Shown here: positions 54,400-63,584 of the stretch, one piece after another
How positions within the stretch are numbered: position 1 is the first letter of the stretch
How the letters are laid out: each line of letters begins with the position of its first letter
Source of the DNA: an uncultured Rickettsiales bacterium
GTDB taxonomy: Bacteria; Myxococcota_A; UBA796; UBA9615
Direction: 5' to 3'
NCBI GenBank assembly: GCA_964344575.1
Contig: CAYFOA010000020.1
Span: forward strand, 691 to 64,690
DNA: 64,000 nucleotides
Program-made: the position numbers and the translations under genes
The notes under the pieces: generated by a model
What the model was told of the DNA's origin: nothing
The model's input: the letters and a program-made list of their open reading frames with translations, nothing else
Database searches by the model: none

Positions 54400-55781
54400 T
54401 GCGCGTGGACGTGGCGCTGGTGCGAGGCCCCGAGGCGCGGACGGCGATGCCCCTGCCGCCGCTGGGGATGCTGTACGTCGCCGCGGCGCTGGAGCGGGCG
54501 GGGCACCGCACAGCGGTCGTCGACGCCCCCGGCGAGGGGCTCGGGCAGGCGGAGTTCCTGGAGCGCGTCCGGATGCTCGGGGCGCCGGTGATCGGGCTGT
54601 CGGGGATGACGCCAATGCGCGACCGGATCGCGCGCGACGCCGCCCTGGTCCGCCCCCTGTGCGACAAGCTGATCCTCGGCGGCGTCCACGCGACCCGCTT
54701 CGGCGACCGCGTGTTCGACGAGATCCCCGAGCTGGACGCGCTGGTGTGCGGCGAAGGCGAGGCCCCCGCGGTCGCGCTGATGAACGGCGGCTGGGACGAC
54801 CCGCCCCCCGGGGTCCGCCTCCGGACCGGCCGCGACCGCCCCTTCGTCCCCGCCCCCGTCCCCCAGGACCTCGACGCCCTCCCCCGCCCCGCCCGCCACC
54901 TCGTCCCCCACGCCCGCTACCGCTACGTCTTCCAGACCCGCCCCGGGTTCACGACGATGATCAGCAGCCGCGGCTGCCCCTTCCGCTGCACGTTCTGCGA
55001 CAAGACGGTCAGCGGCAGCCCGTGGCGGGCCCGGAGCGCGGGCGACGTGGTGGACGAGATGGAGGCGCTGGTCCGGGACTTCGGCGTCGGCTCCGTCTGC
55101 CTCTTCGACGACAACTTCACCCTCCGCCGGAGCCGCGTCGTCGACATCTGCGAGGACCTGATCCGGCGCGACGTGGGGCTGCACTGGAAGTGCGAGGCGC
55201 GGGTCGACGGCGTCACCCCCGAGCTCGCGAAGCTGATGGCCCGGGCGGGCTGCAAGACGGTCGCCTTCGGGGTCGAGTCGGGCAACCAGGAGAGCCTCGA
55301 CGTCCTCAAGAAGGACCAGACCGTGGAGCGGGCCGCGGACGCGATCGCCGCCTGCCGGGACGCCGGGATCGAGACGGTCGCCTACGTCCTCGTCGGCATC
55401 CCCGGCGAGACCCCCGAGACCAGCCTCGAGACCCTCCGCTTCGCCCGCCGCGCCGGCGTGGACTTCATCCAGTTCTCGACGCTGTCCCCGTTCCCCGGGA
55501 CCGAGCTGTACGACGAGGCGAAGGCCCGCGGCTGGTACCGGCGGACCCGGGTGACCAACCCGGTCGACGCGGAGGAGCGCCGCGCCACGCTGATGCCCCC
55601 AGGGTGGACCGAGGACGACCTCGCGCGGACGCTCCGGAAGCTCTACGGCGGCTTCTACCTGCGCCCCCGCTACCTCGCCCGGCAGGCCGTCCGGGCGCAC
55701 CAGACGGGGATGCTCGTCCCCCGGGCGCGGCTCGGGCTGGAGGTCGCGAGGTGGTACCTGGGGAGCCGCCAGGTGGCCTGA
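54396..55781 (+). CDS. Cobalamin-binding (class B) radical SAM enzyme
   Basis: PPLGMLYVAA, ILGGVHAT, VCGEGE, SRGCPFRCTFC, FDDNF, GVESG, VGIPGET. Confidence 0.92.
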   Translation: MMRVDVALVRGPEARTAMPLPPLGMLYVAAALERAGHRTAVVDAPGEGLGQAEFLERVRMLGAPVIGLSGMTPMRDRIARDAALVRPLCDKLILGGVHATRFGDRVFDEIPELDALVCGEGEAPAVALMNGGWDDPPPGVRLRTGRDRPFVPAPVPQDLDALPRPARHLVPHARYRYVFQTRPGFTTMISSRGCPFRCTFCDKTVSGSPWRARSAGDVVDEMEALVRDFGVGSVCLFDDNFTLRRSRVVDICEDLIRRDVGLHWKCEARVDGVTPELAKLMARAGCKTVAFGVESGNQESLDVLKKDQTVERAADAIAACRDAGIETVAYVLVGIPGETPETSLETLRFARRAGVDFIQFSTLSPFPGTELYDEAKARGWYRRTRVTNPVDAEERRATLMPPGWTEDDLARTLRKLYGGFYLRPRYLARQAVRAHQTGMLVPRARLGLEVARWYLGSRQVA

Positions 55782-55790
55782 CCGGCCCGC

Positions 55791-56534
55791 TCAGTCGGCG
55801 ACGACGAGGCTCCCCTTCGGCCCGATCCGGTACTTCTCCCCGAGCTCGCCGAGGTCGTCCTTCCGGTCGGTGACCTTCCACCCCCGGGCGTGCAGCGCCT
55901 CGAGGATGGCGTCGTGGACGCGGCGGCTGTCCTCCTCGGGGTCGGCGAAGCGGTCGAGGAGGACGTCGCGGGCGGAGTCGTCGCCGACCTGGCCGAGGAG
56001 CCGGACCGACTCGTAGCGGACGTCCGCGTCGAAGTCGGCGACGCTCGGGATCAGCGCCGCCGTCAGCCGTTCGTCCTCGGGGTAGTCGGCGAGCAGGCCG
56101 ATGACCCGGAGCTTCTTCTGGGGCTTGAACGCGGCCAGCCGCGCCTGCTCCGCGCTCAGGACGCGGAGCAGCTCGGTCACCACCACCTCGTCGGCGACCA
56201 CGCGCATCAGCGCGAACATCGGCAGCGTGATGTTGATCGACCGGTCGTTGTGCTCCTGCACGAACGGGAGGATCGCGCCCCCCTTGGCCGCCAGGAGGTC
56301 GACGACGTACTCCTTCTCGGCGACGTCCTCGCGCTTCTTGTCCGAGACCATGTCGAAGCGCCGGAAGAGCGCCGCCGTCGCTTGCGGCGTGTCCAGCTGG
56401 GCGAGCGCCTCGATGACGAACATCCGGTCTTCGTGCTGGTAGTTCCGCGAGACGAGCTTGCCGACCATCTTGTCGAACTGCCGCTGCTCGCGAGCGGCGG
56501 CCGAGAAGCCGCCGAACAGGTCCTTCAGTCCCAT
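55791..56534 (-). CDS. HEAT-repeat-like hypothetical protein
   Basis: ATG 56534 (MGLKDLFGG); DFDADVRYESVRLLG, SRRV..AILEAL helical repeats. Confidence 0.7.
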   Translation of the reverse strand: MGLKDLFGGFSAAAREQRQFDKMVGKLVSRNYQHEDRMFVIEALAQLDTPQATAALFRRFDMVSDKKREDVAEKEYVVDLLAAKGGAILPFVQEHNDRSINITLPMFALMRVVADEVVVTELLRVLSAEQARLAAFKPQKKLRVIGLLADYPEDERLTAALIPSVADFDADVRYESVRLLGQVGDDSARDVLLDRFADPEEDSRRVHDAILEALHARGWKVTDRKDDLGELGEKYRIGPKGSLVVAD

Positions 56535-56716
56535 GGGGTGTCTCCGCGTGCCCGGTCGGCCGGCGCCGGGGCGCCGGTATTGTGACCATCCGGGACCACT
56601 TGGCAAGCCTCAGGAGCGTTGCTGTGCGCGACGCCCCTGTGATAGACAAGCGACCGGCCGGACCCATGAACGGTCTACCCACGCGCGGGCGCTCGCGCGA
56701 AGGAGCAGCGATTTCG

Positions 56717-58231
56717 ATGAGCGGAGCCGCCCCCCCCCGTCGCCTTCGGACCGCCGGCCTCGCCGCCGCGCTCGTGCTCGTGGCGACGTCGTTCGTGCAG
56801 TGCGTCGTCTCGCCGGTCACGCCGACCCAGCCCGGCGACCCCGTCGCCGTCATCACGGTCCTCGCGGAGCTCCCCGAGATCCAGCTCGGGGAGGCGATCG
56901 ACCTGTCCGGCGAGGACTCCCGGCTGGGCGACGACACCGACGGCCTCGGCCTCGAGCTGTCCTACTTCTGGGCCATCGACAGCCAGCCCGCCGGGTCGCT
57001 CCTGATCGACGAGAGCCTCCAGGCGCCGGACGCGCCGCTGGGTGACGACGACGACAGCGCCGGCGACGACGACGACGACGACGACGACGGGGCCCCCGAA
57101 GGGGCCGGCGACAGCACCTCGGTCGTCCGCCTCATCCCCGACGTCCAGGGGCTCTACGGCATCACCCTGCAGGTCAGCGACGGCGAGCGGGTCAGCGACT
57201 TCGCCCACGTCGTCATCAGCGTCGGCGGCCGGAACACCTGCCCCGACGCGGACGCGGGCGCCGACCTCGTCGCCCAGACGGGCGTCCCCGTGACGCTGGA
57301 CGGCTCCGCCTCGTCCGATCCCGACATCGACGACGAGGAAGGCGACGACGACGACGACGGAGAGGGCCAGTCGCTGGTCTACCTGTGGCACCTGAGCCTG
57401 ACGCCCTCGGACTCGCTGCTCGACGACGGCGACATCTTCTACCAGGGCACCGCGAGCCCGGTGATCATCCCCGACGTCCCCGGGACGTACATCCTCCAGC
57501 TGCGGGTCGACGACGGGCTCTGCACGTCGCTGCCGGACTACGTGACGGTCCAGGCGAGCAACGGCAACCAGGCGCCGATCGCGGACGCCGGGCAGTCCCA
57601 GATCCTGACCCCCTGCGCCCCCACCGAGGTGAACCTCGACGGGTCGGCGTCCTTCGATCCCGAGGGCTCCAGCGTCGAGTTCGAGTGGCACTTCACGTCG
57701 GTCCCCAACGGGTCCGGCGTCAGCGACGCGTTCCTCGACGGGCAGTACACGGTGGCCCCGGCGTTCAACTGGGACGTCCCCGGCATCTACACCCTGGAGC
57801 TCCGCGTCAGCGACGGGCAGGTCCAGTCCGAGCCCGACTACGTGGCCGTCCAGGCGGTGCCGTCGCTCCCCAACGGGGCGCCGGAGGCGTTCGCCGGCGA
57901 CGACGTGCTCATCGAGGCGTCGGCGGCGTGCAGCAGCGACCCCTACGGCGGCGGCAGCTGCAACCCCTGCGGCACCCGGAGCGTGGTGCTCGACGCCACC
58001 GGCAGCTACGACCCGGACGGGGACCCGCTGAACTTCCAGTGGGACCTCCAGAGCGGCGAGGCGGACATCCTCGGCGTCGAGTCGAACACGCTGGAGGTCG
58101 ACCTCCCGTCGCTCCCGGTGAGCTACGGCGGGACCTCGACGGCGGTCGTCACGATGGCGCTGACGGTGTTCGACTGCCGGGCGGCGGACGACGACACGGT
58201 GACCATCACCTACACCTGCTACGGCTACTAG
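56717..58231 (+). CDS. Exported PKD/Ig-like repeat protein
   Basis: AAGGAG RBS then ATG 56717; repeated NxAPxAxAG...LDGSAS.DP....Y.W...P..PG.Y...L.V.DG units; poly-Asp inserts; Cys-rich last domain. Confidence 0.82.
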   Translation: MSGAAPPRRLRTAGLAAALVLVATSFVQCVVSPVTPTQPGDPVAVITVLAELPEIQLGEAIDLSGEDSRLGDDTDGLGLELSYFWAIDSQPAGSLLIDESLQAPDAPLGDDDDSAGDDDDDDDDGAPEGAGDSTSVVRLIPDVQGLYGITLQVSDGERVSDFAHVVISVGGRNTCPDADAGADLVAQTGVPVTLDGSASSDPDIDDEEGDDDDDGEGQSLVYLWHLSLTPSDSLLDDGDIFYQGTASPVIIPDVPGTYILQLRVDDGLCTSLPDYVTVQASNGNQAPIADAGQSQILTPCAPTEVNLDGSASFDPEGSSVEFEWHFTSVPNGSGVSDAFLDGQYTVAPAFNWDVPGIYTLELRVSDGQVQSEPDYVAVQAVPSLPNGAPEAFAGDDVLIEASAACSSDPYGGGSCNPCGTRSVVLDATGSYDPDGDPLNFQWDLQSGEADILGVESNTLEVDLPSLPVSYGGTSTAVVTMALTVFDCRAADDDTVTITYTCYGY

Positions 58232-58244
58232 GCGGAGCGCGACG

Positions 58245-59636
58245 ATGAAGACCTCTGGACGCACCCTGCTCGCCGCCGCCGCGCTCCTCGCGCTCGCCCC
58301 CCTCATCACCCACTGCCCGGCGCCGGTGGGGCCACTCCAGAACGTCGTCACGGCGCTCAACAACACGGCCCCCGTGGCCCGCGCCGGCGACGGCGGCGAG
58401 GCGGCCATCGGCGCTCCCCTGACGCTCGACGGGACGGCGTCGTACGACCCCGACGGGGACGAGATCATCTACATCTGGTCGGTGGACACGGCCCCCGAGG
58501 CGAGCGAGATCGGGGCCAACCCGTTCAGCGCCAACGAGGACCGGAACGCCGGCGTGGTGACGGTCAACCTCGACGTCGAGGGCGTCTACATCTTCGCCCT
58601 CGTGGTCGAGGACCCCAGCGGCGCGCAGTCGGACACGGACCACGTCATCTACGAGGCGAACTCGGCGCTCGAGCCGCCGGTGGCCGACGCCGGCCCGAAC
58701 GTGACCGGACTGGAGGGGGACGAGGCCTGCCTCGACGGCAGCAACTCCCACGACCCCGGCGGCGCCGAGCTGACGTTCGACTGGTCGATCGTGAGCGCCC
58801 CGGAGGCGTCCGGACTGACCACGGCGGACCTCGTCGCGACCGACGCCGAGGCCTGCTTCGAGCCCGACGCGCCGGGCACGTACGCGATCGCGCTGGTGGT
58901 GGACAACGGGCTCCAGGAGTCCGAGCCGGACTTCGCGTTCGTGGCGGCGGGGTCGACGAACCAGGGGCCGACGGCGGTGGCCGACGTGGTCAGCGCGGCG
59001 TCGTGCGACTACATCATCCTGTCGGGCGCCGGCTCCACGGACCCCGAGGACGACGAGCTCTTCTTCAACTGGGACCTCCTCGTCGTTCCCCCCGGCAGCA
59101 CGACCCCGCTGGGGCAGGAGGCGTTCGACGATCCGCAGGCGGAGGAGGCCCGCTTCTACGCCGACGTCGAGGGCGAGTACACGGTCCAGCTCGTCGTCAA
59201 CGACGGCGAGGGCTACAGCACGCCGGTGTTCCTCGAGGTGGACGTGGACATCACGACGGCGAACGAGCCGCCGGTGGTGGCGACCTCGCCGGACGCGTAC
59301 TACTCGTCGCCGTCGCCGACCTGCACGACGGACGCGTACGGCAACTGCACCTCGTGCCCGAACTGCGGCGCGGTGACGGTCCCGATGGACGCCCTCGGCA
59401 CGACCGACCCCGACGGCGACAACGTCCACATCACGTGGGAGATCCTCCAGGGTCCTGACAACACGGGTCTGTCGACGGACGAGGGGTGGGAGAACGAGCT
59501 CACCCTCCCGGGCCCGCCGGGGAGCTGCACGTCGTCGGTGGCCACGCACCAGGTCCAGGTCCAGGTGACCGCCACGGACTGCGTGGGCGACACCGCGACC
59601 GGCCTCATCACGGTCGTCTACGACTGCGGCGGCTGA
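58245..59636 (+). CDS. Exported PKD/Ig-like repeat protein (paralog of 56717-58231)
   Basis: NTAPVARAG, PPVADAG, GPTAVA, NEPPVV units with LDG..S.DP; CTTDAYGNCTSCPNC in the last domain. Confidence 0.85.
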   Translation: MKTSGRTLLAAAALLALAPLITHCPAPVGPLQNVVTALNNTAPVARAGDGGEAAIGAPLTLDGTASYDPDGDEIIYIWSVDTAPEASEIGANPFSANEDRNAGVVTVNLDVEGVYIFALVVEDPSGAQSDTDHVIYEANSALEPPVADAGPNVTGLEGDEACLDGSNSHDPGGAELTFDWSIVSAPEASGLTTADLVATDAEACFEPDAPGTYAIALVVDNGLQESEPDFAFVAAGSTNQGPTAVADVVSAASCDYIILSGAGSTDPEDDELFFNWDLLVVPPGSTTPLGQEAFDDPQAEEARFYADVEGEYTVQLVVNDGEGYSTPVFLEVDVDITTANEPPVVATSPDAYYSSPSPTCTTDAYGNCTSCPNCGAVTVPMDALGTTDPDGDNVHITWEILQGPDNTGLSTDEGWENELTLPGPPGSCTSSVATHQVQVQVTATDCVGDTATGLITVVYDCGG

Positions 59637-59655
59637 CCCGCGGTACGCTCCCCGC

Positions 59656-61395
59656 GTGGGGAGGCTGCTCCTTCTTCTTCCGCTGCTGACGGGGCTGACG
59701 GGCTGCGTCGACGGTGAGGTCCGCGAGCTGGCGCCGCGGGACGTGCGGCTGGGGATCGCCGCGACCGCCCCGACCACGACGCTCGAGCTCCCGCCGGCCC
59801 CGACGTCCCCGGCCGGGGCCCTGCAGGGAGAGCCGTCGGACGATCCCGCGCGGCTCGACGTCGCCGGGACGTGGGACACGCTGCTGGTGCGGCGGGTCCC
59901 CGACGAAGGGACCCTGGCGTGGTCTCCCGCCCTCCCCCCGGACGCGACGGTCACGCGCGACGGCGACCTCGTCCGCGTGCACGCGCCGTCGGCCGTGGGC
60001 CGGACCTTCACCCTGACGGTGGGGCGGCCGGACGGCACCTCCCTCCCGCCGGCCGCCGGGACGCTCGGCGGCCTCCCCGGGCGGGGCGACTTCCCCGCCT
60101 GGCCGGCCGCGGACGCTTGCGGCGATCGCGTGTTCCCCGCCCAGCTCGCCGACGGCCACGTGGGGTGCCGCGGCGAGGGCGCGCTGGACACGTGGCGGAC
60201 CCCGTCGGGGCGATCGGCCGCGGTCCGGCTGACGCGCGAGGGGGCCCGGCCGGGCACGGTGACCCCGGCGACCACGGGGGCCGCGCTCAGCGGGGGGCCG
60301 GCGACCGGCCTGGTGTCGACGCGCGCCGCGGCGTCAGACGGGCCCGATCTCGGGGGGCTCGTCCCCGGCGGCGGCCCCCCCGCGCGGCGGCTCGCGAACG
60401 CCTCCCGGCTCGGCGCGTGGCGCCCGTTCGAGGTGGCGGCGGGGCGGTTCATCGGCGACCGCCCGCTGCGGGGCCGTCCCGCGTCCGACGGCGTCCGCGT
60501 GGCGCTCCCCCGGGCCGATCGGGTGGAGGTCGGCGACTGGACCGGCGGCGCCCGCGTCCAGGTCCCCGCGCGGCCGTCCGACGTCGAGCAGCCGGTGGCC
60601 GTCCGCGGTCGCTGGCTGGCGATCGTGGAGGGCCCGATCGGCGACGAGACCCTCCGCCTCCACGACCTCGAGCGACGCCACCCCCACGCCGCCCCCGTGG
60701 GCGTCCGGCGGCCCCGGGATCCGGTGTTCGCGGGCCCCTGGCTGGGCTGGCTGAACGCCACCGCGCTGCGCGTCCTCTCGACCGACGGGGGGCGCTCCTG
60801 GACGAGCGACGTCGCCGCCGCCGCGGGCGCCCCGGCGGCCTTCGACGACTGGATGCTGGTGGCCCGCCGCGGCGGCGGTGTCCACGCGGTGCACCTCCCC
60901 ACGGGGCTCCACGCCGCCATCGAGACGGGCGCCGCGCTGACGGAGCTCCGGGGGAGCGGCGCGGGCCGGTTCACGACGCGCCAGCAGCCGTCCCCCGGCG
61001 ACGCGCGGCTGGTCACCTGGGACGCCGCCGTGCGCGTGTTCGAGGAGGACGGCGGCGCGTCGTGGGGGGCACCGCTGCAGCGGGTCGCGGGCGGCCACGG
61101 GGGGAGCGGTGGGGTGGTCCCCGCCGGCGGCGCCCGGACCATCGCGTTCGACCCCGGCCCCGGCGGGGGCACCGTCCAGACGTGGCGGTCCGCCGGGGCG
61201 ACGTCCTGCGTCGTCGGCCTCGACGGGGGCCCGACGCCGCCCCCGGCGGGCGAGGGCTGGCAGGATCTCGCCGTCCTGCCCCCGCGCCCCGAAGCCCGCC
61301 CCGCCGACCGCGTCGTGACCGTGATCTTCGCCGCCGCCGCGGGCGTGTGCGTGGCCGACGCGGTCCGGTTCGTGCCCCACGGAGGCCCGCGATGA
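59656..61395 (+). CDS. Hypothetical lipoprotein, possible propeller region and C-terminal Golvesin/Xly-type CBM-like domain
   Basis: Lipobox LTGC; ends GWQDLAVL...VADAVRF. Low-complexity composition makes domain calls weak. Confidence 0.55.
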   Translation: MGRLLLLLPLLTGLTGCVDGEVRELAPRDVRLGIAATAPTTTLELPPAPTSPAGALQGEPSDDPARLDVAGTWDTLLVRRVPDEGTLAWSPALPPDATVTRDGDLVRVHAPSAVGRTFTLTVGRPDGTSLPPAAGTLGGLPGRGDFPAWPAADACGDRVFPAQLADGHVGCRGEGALDTWRTPSGRSAAVRLTREGARPGTVTPATTGAALSGGPATGLVSTRAAASDGPDLGGLVPGGGPPARRLANASRLGAWRPFEVAAGRFIGDRPLRGRPASDGVRVALPRADRVEVGDWTGGARVQVPARPSDVEQPVAVRGRWLAIVEGPIGDETLRLHDLERRHPHAAPVGVRRPRDPVFAGPWLGWLNATALRVLSTDGGRSWTSDVAAAAGAPAAFDDWMLVARRGGGVHAVHLPTGLHAAIETGAALTELRGSGAGRFTTRQQPSPGDARLVTWDAAVRVFEEDGGASWGAPLQRVAGGHGGSGGVVPAGGARTIAFDPGPGGGTVQTWRSAGATSCVVGLDGGPTPPPAGEGWQDLAVLPPRPEARPADRVVTVIFAAAAGVCVADAVRFVPHGGPR

Positions 61396-63404
61396 GCCGC
61401 CGCCGCGGCGCCGCCATCGTCTTCTGCCTCGCGTGGTTCTTCGCCATCGCGTTCTTCGCCGCCCGCGACGCCCGCCCGCTGTGGCTGATGGGGGGGTGGC
61501 TGACGACCACCGGCCCCGGCGTCCTCGCCGCCGGCGCCGTGCTCCTGTCGGCGTGGGGCTGGGGCCGCCCCATCCGGCGGGCGCTGCTGCCGACGGTCGC
61601 CGCGGAGGACCGGATCGCGCGCTGGATCATCGACACCGTCCTCGGCCTCGTCGTCCTCCAGACGGCCGCCGTCGTCCTCGGGAGCTTCGGCTGGATGGGG
61701 CCCGGCGCGGGCCGCGCGATCGTGGCCAGCGGCCTCGTCCCCCTGGTCGTCGTCCCCCGCGAGCGCCCCCCCGCCATCGAGGACCGGGGCCGCCCGTTCT
61801 CGGGCTGGTGGATCGCCGCCGCCGCGCTCGTCGCGCCCGGCGTGATCGCGATCGGCGGCCCCCTCATCGCGGCGGACGAGGGCCAGTACCACCGCCGCTT
61901 CGTCGAGCACCTGCTGACCACCGGCGCCTTCCCCGGGGACGCCGACGACGCGCTGAGCGGGTTCGCCCAGGGGATGCACGCGCTGGGGGCGCTGGCGGCG
62001 AGCTTCGCCGGCGTCGACGCCCTCCGCCCCCTCGCCTTCGGGATGGGGCTGGGCGGCCTCGTCCTCGGCGAGCGGCTGGCGCAGCGCCTCTTCGGGCGGC
62101 TCGCGGGCGGCCCCTACCTGCTCATCGCGTGCGGCGCGGCGACGGCGCTCCGGGTGGCGCCGACGTTCAACACCGACCTGACGCTGGCCCCGTTCGTGGG
62201 CGTCGGCGCGTGGCTGGCGCTGGACTGGGCGCGGGCCCCCGACCGGCCCGGCGGCCACCCCTGGGCCCTGGCGCTGGTCGGCGGCGCGGCGCTCTCGATC
62301 AAGTACACGGCGCCGGTCTACCTGGGGCCGTTGTACGCGATCGTGCTCGTCGCGCTCCTCCGCGGCGACCGCGCGGGGCCTGGGCGGGCGCTCGGCGCGT
62401 GGGTCGCGGCGGCGCTGCTCCCGGCGGTGTTCGCGCTGCCCTGGCTGGTCAAGAACCACCTCGTCGCGGGCCACCCGCTGTGGCCGATCCTGGGGATCGA
62501 CGCGCCGGCGGGGCTGGAGGCGGCGTTCACGTTCAACATGACCGCCAACTACGGCCCCGGGGGCGGCCTGGAGGCGGCGCTCCGGGCGCCCTGGGACCTG
62601 TTCGGGATCGGCCGCGAGTTCGACCGACGCCTCTACCTCGGCCGCCTCAACCCGTGGCCGCTGGTGGCGCTCCCGGGGCTGCTCCTGGCGCTGCGGTTCC
62701 GGCCCGAGGCGCGGGCGACGGCGATCGCGGCGCTGGTCGGGCTCCTGATCTGGGCGGGACCCCTCCGCCGGGTCGTCTACCTGCTGCCGCTGTGGCCGAT
62801 CCTGGCGGCGCTGACGGCGGGCGGGATCGTCGAGATGATGCGGCTGATCCCCCAGCCCACGCTCCACCACGCGGGGATCGCCGGCTCGGTGCTCCTGGGC
62901 GCGGTGGCGGCGGCCGAGGTGGCGGCGCCGTGGAGCGATCACGCCGCCCTGGCGCCCGTCGCCTGCGGCGAGATCGACCGCGAGGCGGCGGCGGAGGAGG
63001 TCCTCCCCGACGCCCGGATCCTCCGCTGGCTCCGCGAGAACGGGGCCGGCGACGAGGCGATCGCGATGCTCTGGGGGTGGCACGCGTGGGACCTCCGGGG
63101 CCGCGTGATCTGGATCGGCGCGGAGGACTTCACCCCGCTGCGGCGGACGCTGGTGGAGGCCGGGGACGCGGACGCGGCGGCGGCGCTGCTCCGGGATCGC
63201 GGGGTCCGCTGGATCGTCCACCGCCGCTACCGCTTCGTCCGCGCGGCCTACCCGACGGTGTCGGACGAGGCCTTCGAGCGGGCGTTCGAGCGGCCCGTCC
63301 AGATCGGCGACGAGCTGGTCGACAGCCACGCCACGCGGCGCTTCGTCCACGGCAACCTGGCGGTCTTCGAGCTGGACGAAGTTGAAGATCCGACACCGGA
63401 TTGA
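61392..63404 (+). CDS. Multi-pass GT-C-like membrane glycosyltransferase
   Basis: ATGA overlap; many TM helices; loop motif DEGQYH, SIKYT, PWLVKN...GHP.WP, RRVVYLLP. Confidence 0.7.
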   Translation: MSRRRGAAIVFCLAWFFAIAFFAARDARPLWLMGGWLTTTGPGVLAAGAVLLSAWGWGRPIRRALLPTVAAEDRIARWIIDTVLGLVVLQTAAVVLGSFGWMGPGAGRAIVASGLVPLVVVPRERPPAIEDRGRPFSGWWIAAAALVAPGVIAIGGPLIAADEGQYHRRFVEHLLTTGAFPGDADDALSGFAQGMHALGALAASFAGVDALRPLAFGMGLGGLVLGERLAQRLFGRLAGGPYLLIACGAATALRVAPTFNTDLTLAPFVGVGAWLALDWARAPDRPGGHPWALALVGGAALSIKYTAPVYLGPLYAIVLVALLRGDRAGPGRALGAWVAAALLPAVFALPWLVKNHLVAGHPLWPILGIDAPAGLEAAFTFNMTANYGPGGGLEAALRAPWDLFGIGREFDRRLYLGRLNPWPLVALPGLLLALRFRPEARATAIAALVGLLIWAGPLRRVVYLLPLWPILAALTAGGIVEMMRLIPQPTLHHAGIAGSVLLGAVAAAEVAAPWSDHAALAPVACGEIDREAAAEEVLPDARILRWLRENGAGDEAIAMLWGWHAWDLRGRVIWIGAEDFTPLRRTLVEAGDADAAAALLRDRGVRWIVHRRYRFVRAAYPTVSDEAFERAFERPVQIGDELVDSHATRRFVHGNLAVFELDEVEDPTPD

Positions 63405-63428
63405 CCCTCATGGATCCGTTCGTATACT
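63401..63428 (+). promoter_or_regulatory. Sigma70 promoter of the tRNA gene
   Basis: TTGACC (63401-63406), 16-nt spacer, TATACT (63423-63428), then a GC-rich discriminator-like stretch. Confidence 0.75.
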
Positions 63429-63442
63429 CCGAGCCCCCGCCT

Positions 63443-63529
<87 letters not shown>

Positions 63530-63532
63530 TGA

Positions 63533-63564
63533 CGAAGGGCCGTCCCGATGGGGGCGGCCCTTCG
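63533..63564 (+). terminator. Hairpin terminator after the tRNA
   Basis: cgaagggccgtccc / ggggcggcccttcg (14 bp, one G-T pair), GATG loop. Confidence 0.75.
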
Positions 63565-63584
63565 ACGTTCTAGACTCCCCCGGC

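Noticed and set aside
768-63404. Many long antisense and alternate-frame ORFs in the track (e.g. 1346-3394 -, 3627-5903 +, 10544-13654 -, 14719-18621 -, 15360-19202 +, 58206-63350 -)
   Set aside because: They are R/P/G/A-rich or V/E/L shadows of real genes, expected from high GC at third codon positions; no domain motifs.
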